DNA from: SAR324 cluster bacterium
GTDB lineage: Bacteria; SAR324; XYD2-FULL-50-16; HCM1
Length of the DNA: 64,000 nt
Assembly: GCA_002995645.1 (NCBI GenBank)
Contig: PUHO01000006.1
Location: 67,623-131,622, forward strand
Direction: 5' to 3'
Of this stretch, positions 54,871 to 64,000 are shown piece by piece. The notes below the pieces were generated by a model, which was not told the DNA's origin, did no database searches, and saw only the letters and a program-made list of their open reading frames with translations. The position numbers and the translations under genes were made by a program. The first letter of the stretch is position 1, and each line of letters starts with the position of its first letter.

Positions 54871-56364
54871 ATGCTAATTTCTTGCCAAAACTGTAGTTCT
54901 CAATATGAAATTGATGAAAATAAAATTACAGAACCTAATTCTTTTATTCGCTGCAAAGCTTGTAAAGAGCCTATTTTCCTGCATCGGACACAAAATTCCT
55001 TGCAAATTAGCGATACTCCGCAGACTTTGATTCTCTGCCCAACTTGTGAAACTACGTATTCTTTATCGGCAGATGTTTTTACAGATGAGGGACCTACGCA
55101 AACAAAATGCTATAAATGTAAGTCACTTTTTAATAGTTACGCTTCTGGAAATACGGAAATACTAGACAAGGGAGAACAAGATTCGTCAACTGACAACAAA
55201 GATAATATAAACTTAGAGACAGCAGGTAACGAAGAGCAAGAAGAAACTAATGCTATAGACGATCAATTTGATTCTATTTTAACAGAATCTTTAGATATTG
55301 ATAGTGATGATCGTTCTAATCTTTTTCTTTCAACCGATGAAGAGACAAACAAAAATAACCAAGAAAATCAAGACACTACAAAAAACTTATTTTCTACTCA
55401 GGAAGAAAATTTAAACCAAGATATAGAAAACAATTTATTTTCTACCGATTCAGAAGAAGTCGATTTAAATGAGGAAGATAGCCTATTCTCTCCTCAAGAA
55501 GGCGATTCAAATCAAAATATAGAAACCGATTTATTTTCTACTGATTCAGAAATACTTTCTTTAGATAATACAGATACCTCGCTCTCTGATGATACAATAA
55601 AAATCACTCCCGACTCTACGGAAGAAGATTTATTTGCAGCTAATATAACAACTCCAAACCAAGATAAAAACAATATCTCCTCTAAAGGTATTATAGAAGA
55701 CGACCTATTTGATAATGAAACAGTTGCTGAGACACTAGATAAAGACTCGCCTTTTACTCAAAAAGACGAACGCTCATCAATAAAGCAAGAAGAAAATCCT
55801 GCCATAACAAAGCAAGCTGGCAAAAGAAGTAACCATGCAACTTTAAAAATAGTTGCCGCTGCTTGTATAATATGTCTTCTTGTTGGGACTACCTATTTCT
55901 GGTACTTTGCTCATCAAAGAGCACAAGTAGCTAGCACATCTAAAAACATAGTTTCCCAAATTCAAAATAAAATTTGGAAAAGACCTATTTCAATTTCGAA
56001 TCCATTGAAAGGAAAATATATTTTTAACAATAAAGAACAAAAATATATATTTATTATGGAAGGCAAGTTAAGGAATGAGACGAATAATCCAATCCATTTT
56101 GCGCATATTACGCTAAGCGCTAGAATCTACAATAAAAGTAACGAACTGTTATCTTCTAATATAAGCTATGCTGGAAAAAATCTTACTATAAAGCAAATTA
56201 CTAATAATAAGTTGCAAAAATTACAAAACTTCTTAAATCAAGATCCAGGCAAAGAAATTGATATTCCCGCTCATGGGCAAATTAATTTTCAAGCTTTATT
56301 CCCTAGACCTTCCACACGCATTTACGCTATGGAAGCGCATGTTGTTGCTTTCAAAAAAATCTAG
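54871..56364 (+). CDS. MJ0042-type double zinc-ribbon membrane protein with acidic LF-repeat linker and DUF3426-like C-terminus
   Basis: 497-aa ORF. Two zinc ribbons (C5/C8/C28/C31 and C56/C59/C80/C83), acidic low-complexity region with seven [NSD]LF motifs (aa 149-281), TM helix (aa 325-346), C-terminal beta-rich domain. Confidence 0.7.
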   Translation: MLISCQNCSSQYEIDENKITEPNSFIRCKACKEPIFLHRTQNSLQISDTPQTLILCPTCETTYSLSADVFTDEGPTQTKCYKCKSLFNSYASGNTEILDKGEQDSSTDNKDNINLETAGNEEQEETNAIDDQFDSILTESLDIDSDDRSNLFLSTDEETNKNNQENQDTTKNLFSTQEENLNQDIENNLFSTDSEEVDLNEEDSLFSPQEGDSNQNIETDLFSTDSEILSLDNTDTSLSDDTIKITPDSTEEDLFAANITTPNQDKNNISSKGIIEDDLFDNETVAETLDKDSPFTQKDERSSIKQEENPAITKQAGKRSNHATLKIVAAACIICLLVGTTYFWYFAHQRAQVASTSKNIVSQIQNKIWKRPISISNPLKGKYIFNNKEQKYIFIMEGKLRNETNNPIHFAHITLSARIYNKSNELLSSNISYAGKNLTIKQITNNKLQKLQNFLNQDPGKEIDIPAHGQINFQALFPRPSTRIYAMEAHVVAFKKI

Positions 56365-56384
56365 TTAATACTAACGTTTCTACT

Positions 56385-58154
56385 TTATAACGTAGCTGTC
56401 GTTTTGTAGTTTGCTTCTTTTTTTCTTTCTTCTATCCTATCCGTAATATTAGCATCTATAAATTGTTTTGAAATACTTTGTAGAAACTTATGTAATACAG
56501 ACGAAATAGAATGTAACGTATACTTTTGCTCTTTAATTGTAGTAACGTCTACCTCTATAAGCAAGCCTTCTTGTAGATGATATGGATTAGTTAAACTAGA
56601 AAAATGTAAAAACTGCTCTTCAAGATAATTAATACGCTTTTCTATAATCATTCTTTCTTTTGGGAATTGATCTTTATAACACTCTTCTACTTTAGAGTCC
56701 ATAAACTTAATATACGATTTAATACGATCAAAAAAAGTATAGCTTTTCTCAGCACTATTATTAGTTGAAAAAACCTGTAATTCATGCCAAAGAATATCTT
56801 TATAAGTATCTTCTTCCCCTTCTTGAGTACCGGTAATCTCGCGAGCAATATCAAAATAAGATAAAGTTCGTTTTGTATCTCTATGTTGATTGTACACTTC
56901 TAAAATAACACGCAAAGTGCTTTCAATTTGTTCTTCTAGTTGTTTAGCTTGCTTATCCCACGTAGTACGAAGTTCTTTTAATTGTTTATTATTATAGTAT
57001 ATCAATCGCATACCAAAATTTTCGTCCGGTTGATCTTCCGGTGCTAATTTAGTATACTCTCGCAAAACACATTCTCTTGCATTCTTTAAATTATTAACGA
57101 ACTGGCAACCTAATTGCGCTTCATCTAGTAAAGAAAGAATATTATTAACAATATGGTCAAAACCAATATATTGCAAACGAGAATCTTCTATAAGATTACG
57201 AATATTTGCAACCGGTGAGTTATGATCTATTATTCCCTCATTAGGAACGTCTTCTAAGTAATCAATAAACTTTTTTGCTAATCGACTATAACGAGGACTA
57301 TCTTCAGATTGGATATCTGTATCATCGCCAAGATACTCATCTAATTGTTTAATATGTTCAAAGACATACCTAGAAGAAGACAAGCCGTCCATGCCGTCTT
57401 CTTTAAGAGATTGACTAAGTTGATCAATACAACTTTCAATATTAAGACAAATATCTTCAGCTAATATTTTTTTCAAAAACTCAGACAGTGTTTCTTGATA
57501 GTGATAAAGTGGCAATAATAAATCAGTATTTAAAATATTAAAAGCAAGTTTAATATCTAAAACAGTCGCCGGTTTTTTACGATTACTTTTAAAAGAACAC
57601 TTAATCATTTTATAAGCGTTATTATCTGCAATAAAGGCACCGGCACCGTCTTTTTGTATTAAAGAAGACGAAGTTGCATCGGCAAAATTTTGTAAAGATC
57701 GATTAATATAAGCTTGTAAATTTTGGTAAACATGCGTGAATGATTTCTCTATTTTACCAGTATGAAAAGTGTCTTCTTTACCAAGTTGATTTAAAATATC
57801 AGAAATAAACGTAGGCATATACGTAAGTGCATTTTTGGACTCTTCCGTACTAATTAAGCGATTATATTTTTTAAGCAATTCATCTTCTGTCGTAGTTAAA
57901 TAACGACCTAACATGTTTTGTAAACCTTGATTGTAGTAGTTATGCAATAAAGATTTAACATTACTTTTAACTTGTAACTCAGATAATACTTCTTGCGGAA
58001 GCTTTGCTTCAATGTGGTTTAAAATACGATCAACTTGTTCGTCAATTAATAATTGACTTTCAGCATACTCGTCTCTATCTTTACGCAATATACTATTACG
58101 GCTACCAATAGTTCCCGGATCACTGGGATGAATATAGTTATTATTATTTTCCAT
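56385..58154 (-). CDS. Hypothetical cytoplasmic protein
   Basis: 589-aa ORF. No TM segment or signal peptide, helical and acidic. No family recognised. Confidence 0.55.
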   Translation of the reverse strand: MENNNNYIHPSDPGTIGSRNSILRKDRDEYAESQLLIDEQVDRILNHIEAKLPQEVLSELQVKSNVKSLLHNYYNQGLQNMLGRYLTTTEDELLKKYNRLISTEESKNALTYMPTFISDILNQLGKEDTFHTGKIEKSFTHVYQNLQAYINRSLQNFADATSSSLIQKDGAGAFIADNNAYKMIKCSFKSNRKKPATVLDIKLAFNILNTDLLLPLYHYQETLSEFLKKILAEDICLNIESCIDQLSQSLKEDGMDGLSSSRYVFEHIKQLDEYLGDDTDIQSEDSPRYSRLAKKFIDYLEDVPNEGIIDHNSPVANIRNLIEDSRLQYIGFDHIVNNILSLLDEAQLGCQFVNNLKNARECVLREYTKLAPEDQPDENFGMRLIYYNNKQLKELRTTWDKQAKQLEEQIESTLRVILEVYNQHRDTKRTLSYFDIAREITGTQEGEEDTYKDILWHELQVFSTNNSAEKSYTFFDRIKSYIKFMDSKVEECYKDQFPKERMIIEKRINYLEEQFLHFSSLTNPYHLQEGLLIEVDVTTIKEQKYTLHSISSVLHKFLQSISKQFIDANITDRIEERKKEANYKTTATL

Positions 58155-58208
58155 TACTTAAGTTATCCCTTTAATTTTAATAAAATATATATCTGGTTAT
58201 TTTGTAGT

Positions 58209-58877
58209 TTATTTTGGCAGTATATCATATTCTTTTTCAAAAAACATACTAGAATTTTCCCAATTTAAATTTAGCTTTGCTTTTACACTAGATATGACTA
58301 ATTCAATATTTGCCTTATTTTGTTGTGTTTTAAACTTAGGGAAGCGCACTTCATATATTGTACTCCATGCGTTTAAGTTCACAAAGTATTTTTCTAAAAA
58401 CAAATCAAGATAATCTTTTTTATTTACCTTTTTTATCTGCGAAGCATAAATTATTGTTCCTTCGCTATCTTGAAGATATGCTTGCCATTCACTATGCCGC
58501 ACGCCAAAATTAACGTCGCCACTATCTGAATTAAGAACAACAATAAAATCATAAAAATTATCGTATTCCATTTTAGAATGAGCCCAATAATCTGCTCTAT
58601 CCGTATCCCTTAAGTAATAACTCTGCACTCTTTCGTCTAAGTATATTTTACGAAAACGCAAATCTCGATATAAAGCCCAGCCACGTAGCAAGCTAGTGTA
58701 TCTATCATAAGCAACGTCATTTCTTGAATTTTCTGTTAAGTAGTCCACTATGTCAGTATTTTTAGACTGCATCACATGATACAAGTTGCTCGTTTTAATT
58801 CGAGACATATTACTTGAACAACTTGCTAACATAAACAATAATAACGAGCAAAATATAATAAGCTTAATATACTTCAT
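58209..58877 (-). CDS. Hypothetical lipoprotein
   Basis: 222-aa ORF. Lipobox MLASCSS. Directly downstream of the solute-binding protein gene. Confidence 0.6.
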   Translation of the reverse strand: MKYIKLIIFCSLLLFMLASCSSNMSRIKTSNLYHVMQSKNTDIVDYLTENSRNDVAYDRYTSLLRGWALYRDLRFRKIYLDERVQSYYLRDTDRADYWAHSKMEYDNFYDFIVVLNSDSGDVNFGVRHSEWQAYLQDSEGTIIYASQIKKVNKKDYLDLFLEKYFVNLNAWSTIYEVRFPKFKTQQNKANIELVISSVKAKLNLNWENSSMFFEKEYDILPK

Positions 58878-58886
58878 GCTTTCTTG

Positions 58887-60662
58887 CTATTTAATCTTAA
58901 CATGATATGGATTAGCAATAGGCTTTAATAAATCAAACTTTTTGTTATTACGTTGCGCTTGCTCCAGTTTTTGTTTTTCTGCTTTATCATACCAAAGGAA
59001 TTGCCAATCAGTTCCGTCTGCAGTAACAAATTCTTTAGGGCCTTTAATATAACGCCACCATAAAAGACGTACACGATCACTTTTCCAAAAAGGAATTAAA
59101 AGAGCTTTTTCTTTAATTTTATCTTCTAAACTAAATATAGCTTGTACTCGTTTTTTTTCTGACAAACTAGTTTCATATGTCTGAATCAAAGCATCGACTG
59201 ACTTATCTCGTAACATAAAAATATTATTTGTATTTTTTATAGCATTACGACTATCTAAAAATTGCTTTGGCGCCGGTAAAGTAAAAGCGCTAAAAATAAG
59301 GGTTATAGCTTGGTAATTTTTTTCACTTACCGCTTTAAATAATGCCGCGCCGTCAAGTAACTTTAATTGAATATCTACTCCCGCCTTTTTTGCGTTTTCT
59401 TGAAAAAAAACAAGGTACTTCATCCACACTTGCGCACCAAAAGATATAGTAATTTGTAAAGGTCGCCCGTTCTTTGTTCTAATGGCGTTCCTAGTTCGTT
59501 TCCCAGTCCATTTTGCTTGATCAAGCAATTGATTTGCTTTCTTTACAGAATATTCCCATACCGTTTGATTTTTTTTATAATAAGGTGGCGGCACATCAAA
59601 AAAGTTAGTTTGCCTCATAGTGCTATTATACAAAAAATTCTTTCGCATAGTTTTATAATCAAATATATGTGCTAAAGCCTTACGCACTTTTTTATCTTTC
59701 AAAATAGGATCGTTTAAATTAAAGAAAATCCCGTTTGGTCCACTAGGACGATTCAACAAAATAGCTTGTTTATTAATATAACCTTTTGTAATCGCTGGAG
59801 TCGTAGTTTGTCTATTCCAAAGAGTAATATGAGTTACAGGATATATATCTAGCTTTCCTTTTTTGAATAAAGCGTATGCTGTATTTTCATTACGTACTAC
59901 TTGTAAATGGATCGTATCAAAGTTAAACCTTGATTGAAATCGTTTTTCTTTTTCGCCCCACCAATGTTTTACTCTAGAAAACGAAACGCTACGGCCTCTT
60001 TGAAAATGACTTAGCACGTAAGGAGACGCTACAACATTAGGCTTCCAATTTGCCGTTCGTACCCAATTTTTAGTTAAATTTGTACTATGTTTAGGAACAG
60101 GACTTATATTAGTTTCAAATAATAAACGCCAACTTGCTTTAACAGTCGTTATCTTTATAATATATTTTGATATTGCCTGTACGCTTTTAATATGCTCTTT
60201 AAAATATTGCTTCAGATAGGGCGATTCAATATAGGACGATCGAAGAAATTGCCAAGCAAAGACATAATCTTCACTTGTAATTGGTTTACCGTCTGACCAA
60301 GTAGCTTTAGGGTCTAATTTAAAATAGATTGTTTTTCTATCTTTTCCTATTGCCCAAGCAAGTGCCAACATTGGCATATATTTTCTAGTAACAGGGTGTC
60401 TTTCTACTAAAGAAAAAACGGAAAGTTCACTGTTTATCAGAGCAAACTCACCACTAGTAGCATGCGGTCCATATAAACGAAACGTTAAAGGATAAGTTGC
60501 AATAGACGCGTTAAGTTGCCCACCTTTCGTTGCCTGTTTAGAAGCAAAGTCAGTTGCCAATACGCCTGTTTCCCATTTGGAACCTTTAGGCAAGGTAAAA
60601 GCAAAAAGAGAATGCAAGCTTAGCAATAAAAGGAACAACAATAATATTATTTTTTTTTGCAT
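58887..60662 (-). CDS. ABC transporter substrate-binding protein, family 5 (peptide/opine/nickel type, YejA-like)
   Basis: 591-aa ORF. Signal peptide, and size and motifs (WSDGKPITSEDYVFAW, PYVLSHF) typical of SBP_bac_5. No cognate permease or ATPase genes adjacent. Confidence 0.75.
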   Translation of the reverse strand: MQKKIILLLFLLLLSLHSLFAFTLPKGSKWETGVLATDFASKQATKGGQLNASIATYPLTFRLYGPHATSGEFALINSELSVFSLVERHPVTRKYMPMLALAWAIGKDRKTIYFKLDPKATWSDGKPITSEDYVFAWQFLRSSYIESPYLKQYFKEHIKSVQAISKYIIKITTVKASWRLLFETNISPVPKHSTNLTKNWVRTANWKPNVVASPYVLSHFQRGRSVSFSRVKHWWGEKEKRFQSRFNFDTIHLQVVRNENTAYALFKKGKLDIYPVTHITLWNRQTTTPAITKGYINKQAILLNRPSGPNGIFFNLNDPILKDKKVRKALAHIFDYKTMRKNFLYNSTMRQTNFFDVPPPYYKKNQTVWEYSVKKANQLLDQAKWTGKRTRNAIRTKNGRPLQITISFGAQVWMKYLVFFQENAKKAGVDIQLKLLDGAALFKAVSEKNYQAITLIFSAFTLPAPKQFLDSRNAIKNTNNIFMLRDKSVDALIQTYETSLSEKKRVQAIFSLEDKIKEKALLIPFWKSDRVRLLWWRYIKGPKEFVTADGTDWQFLWYDKAEKQKLEQAQRNNKKFDLLKPIANPYHVKIK

Positions 60663-60665
60663 ACT

Positions 60666-61538
60666 TTATCCTTGTAAAATTTGTTTCATTACGCGCCCAA
60701 TATCGCAAGGCACATTTACAACATGAACGCCGGCTTGCGCTAATGCTTTCATTTTATCGGCTGCTTTGCCGCTTGTAGAAGAAATAATCGCCCCTGCATG
60801 TCCCATTCGTTTACCAGACGGGGCTTCTTGCCCGGCAATATAAGATACAACAGGTTTACTAAAATGAGAGGCAATATAACTAGCTGCCTCTTCTTCAGCA
60901 CTGCCGCCTATCTCACCAATTAAAACAACGGCTTGCGTTTGTTCATCTTGTTCAAAAAGAGAAAGGACATCAATAAAACTCAACCCTTGCACTGGATCGC
61001 CGCCAATACCAATACAAGTACTTTGTCCTAAACCTTCTTTTGTTAACTGCGCCACAGCTTCATATGTTAACGTGCCAGATCTAGAAACAACGCCAATATT
61101 GCCGGCTTTATGAATATTACCGGGCATAATACCAATTTTTGTTTCTTCCGGCGTGATAATACCCGGACAATTAGGACCTAATAGTTTTGTGTTTGAATAG
61201 GACAACCGGTGCTTGATGCGAATCATATCCATAACCGGAATACCTTCTGTAATAACAACAACAAAAGGAACTTCTGCTTCTATAGCTTCTAAAATAGCAT
61301 CAGCACAAAAAGCGGGAGGTACAAAAATTAAAGAACAATCTGCTTTAGTTTCATTTCTTGCTTCTTGTACTGTATTAAAAATAGGAACGTCTTGGTGTCT
61401 TTCTCCACCTTTGCCAAAACGAACAACCCCAACAATTTGTGTACCATAGGCTTGGCAAGCGGCTAAATGTAAGCTGCCTTGTTTTCCTGTTCCGCCTTGC
61501 ACAATAACACGTGTTTGCTTATTTACTAATATACTCAC
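60666..61538 (-). CDS. sucD: Succinyl-CoA synthetase alpha subunit
   Basis: 290-aa ORF. GGTGKQG CoA-binding motif, SRSGTLTYE, phosphohistidine loop MGHAGAIIS. Confidence 0.95.
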   Translation of the reverse strand: MSILVNKQTRVIVQGGTGKQGSLHLAACQAYGTQIVGVVRFGKGGERHQDVPIFNTVQEARNETKADCSLIFVPPAFCADAILEAIEAEVPFVVVITEGIPVMDMIRIKHRLSYSNTKLLGPNCPGIITPEETKIGIMPGNIHKAGNIGVVSRSGTLTYEAVAQLTKEGLGQSTCIGIGGDPVQGLSFIDVLSLFEQDEQTQAVVLIGEIGGSAEEEAASYIASHFSKPVVSYIAGQEAPSGKRMGHAGAIISSTSGKAADKMKALAQAGVHVVNVPCDIGRVMKQILQG

Positions 61539-61549
61539 TTTGTCCCTTA

Positions 61550-62734
61550 TTATGCTTTTGAAGCAACAAGAATTGCCGATTTCGCTGCTTCTGCAAAATC
61601 AGAAATCATTTTAATTTGATTATAAAAAGGCGATTGTTCAATTAACTCTTTTGCTTCTTGAGCTTTAGCGCCTTCAAGACGAACAATAACCGGCAAATTT
61701 ATACCCGTACGTTGGATAGCGTTAATCACTCCTTCCGCTATCATATCACAACGAACAATCCCGCCAAAAATATTAACAAAAATACATTTAACTTTTGTAT
61801 CGTTACAAATTAACTTAATTGCTTCCGTTACTCTTTCTTCCGTAGCATTGCCGCCTATATCCAAAAAATTGGCAGGCGATCCGCCAAAATAGCTTAAAGT
61901 ATCTAACGTCCCCATAGCTAACCCGGCACCGTTCACCATACAACCTATATTCCCGTCTAAAGAAATAAAACTAAGACCGTGTTGCTGCGCTTCCAGTTCG
62001 CTAACGTCTTCTTCTTTAGGATCTTGCATATTTTGCGTTTCTACATGGCGAAATAAAGCATTGTCGTCAATTTGCATTTTACAATCAACAATAGCCAATT
62101 CATTTTCATCGGTAACAGCTAACGGATTCAACTCTAATAAACTCATATCTTCAGCTATAAAAGCTTGATATAAAGATTGAATAAAAGCAATTGCCTTTTG
62201 TAACTGTTGTGTTGTAAAAAACGTAGCTAGCCCAAGATTGGCTAGTACGCGTCTTATTTGAAAAACAGGAAGTCCTGTAAACGTATCAATATACTCTGTA
62301 TATATTTTATCAGGCATAGTTGCCGCGACTTCTTCTATATTCATGCCTCCAGCTTGGGAAGCAACAAGCATAATACGCGAACTAGATCGATCTAGCAAAA
62401 AAGAAAAATATAATTCTTTTTGCATTACCAACACCGGTTCAATACTAACAATGCTAACAAGTTTGCCTTTAGATCCCGTTTGCGGCGTAACAAGCGTTGC
62501 CCCTAAAATAGAATCTACATGTGTAAGCACTTCTTGCGTAGATGAAGCGAGCTTAACGCCGCCTGCTTTACCACGACCACCTGCATGAATCTGCGCTTTA
62601 ACAACCCAACTACCTTCGTCTAGCTTTTCCGTAATGGACAAGGCTTCTTCTTTCGTTGAAGCAACGTAGACAGGCGAAATAGGAACGCCATATTTTTTTA
62701 ATATGCGTTTAGCTTGGTATTCATGCAAGTTCAT
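61550..62734 (-). CDS. sucC: Succinyl-CoA synthetase beta subunit
   Basis: 394-aa [24 protein letters not shown]-grasp N-terminus, [14 protein letters not shown] motif. Confidence 0.95.
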   Translation of the reverse strand: MNLHEYQAKRILKKYGVPISPVYVASTKEEALSITEKLDEGSWVVKAQIHAGGRGKAGGVKLASSTQEVLTHVDSILGATLVTPQTGSKGKLVSIVSIEPVLVMQKELYFSFLLDRSSSRIMLVASQAGGMNIEEVAATMPDKIYTEYIDTFTGLPVFQIRRVLANLGLATFFTTQQLQKAIAFIQSLYQAFIAEDMSLLELNPLAVTDENELAIVDCKMQIDDNALFRHVETQNMQDPKEEDVSELEAQQHGLSFISLDGNIGCMVNGAGLAMGTLDTLSYFGGSPANFLDIGGNATEERVTEAIKLICNDTKVKCIFVNIFGGIVRCDMIAEGVINAIQRTGINLPVIVRLEGAKAQEAKELIEQSPFYNQIKMISDFAEAAKSAILVASKA

Positions 62735-62761
62735 AGTCTAAATTAATATACAATTAGTAAT

Positions 62762-63733
<972 letters not shown>

Positions 63734-63840
63734 CTAAGTTTTATAAATAATGTATTAAATCTAAGAATCTAGTTATATATTTATACGATTCCTTTTGTTT
63801 TACCTTAAAATATCATATTTTGTCAATAATGCTTTACTAT

Positions 63841-64000
63841 TTAAACCTCTATATGTCTTTGTAAAAAAGCAATACATTTTTCTTTTCCAAAAATATCGGC
63901 TATCACTGGCAACTCAGGACCTTGCATACTGTTAGTTAAAGCCAATCGTAGTGGCAACCAAAGTTGTTTTCCTTTGTAGCCCGTTTCTTTTTGTATATCT
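63841..64000 (-). CDS. gltX: Glutamyl-tRNA synthetase, C-terminal fragment (5' part beyond the window)
   Basis: The minus-strand frame reads ...KGKQLWLPLRLALTNSMQGPELPVIADIFGKEKCIAFLQRHIEV*, matching the conserved GltX C-terminal pattern (PLRvAlTG...GPeL...lGke...RL). Confidence 0.7.
   Translation of the reverse strand, partial: DIQKETGYKGKQLWLPLRLALTNSMQGPELPVIADIFGKEKCIAFLQRHIEV

Overview
This is an AT-rich chromosomal segment from a Gram-negative bacterium, densely packed with housekeeping genes. In order: copA, secA, proS, xseA, ilvC, ilvB, an IclR regulator, a tesA-like esterase with a YbbA/YbbP-type ABC pair, a PHP phosphoesterase, an M23 peptidase, skp-fabZ-lpxA-lpxB, comF, a complete alternative complex III operon (actABCDEF), a porin-like OMP, tRNA-Lys and tRNA-Glu, fba, a 958-aa TPR protein, bactofilin, pheST, gatA, comM/yifB, several hypothetical envelope proteins, an MJ0042-type zinc-ribbon protein, an orphan family-5 solute-binding protein, sucCD, mdh and the 3' end of gltX. 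The gene content (ACIII, bactofilin, zinc-ribbon/DUF3426-like protein, archaeal-type ProRS) recalls Bdellovibrionota/Oligoflexia- or Myxococcota-like lineages, but the taxon cannot be fixed from this sequence alone. I saw no transposase, integrase, phage, CRISPR-cas or recognisable defence genes. The unusual signal is non-coding. Four separate tandem-repeat expansions each sit exactly at the 3' end of a transcription unit. (1) The whole secA/proS convergent junction is duplicated, with a bidirectional terminator in the new spacer (5534-5875). (2) The actF 3' end plus its downstream spacer forms six tandem 155-bp units (27076-28002). (3) About 3.5 tandem copies of the comM 3' end lie at 50281-51025. 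(4) A roughly 2.5-kb hierarchical, non-coding mosaic repeat array fills the gap between the porin terminator and the tRNA-operon terminator (37161-39626). All calls rest on reading the sequence and the ORF translations. No database search was possible, so family assignments come from motif recognition only.
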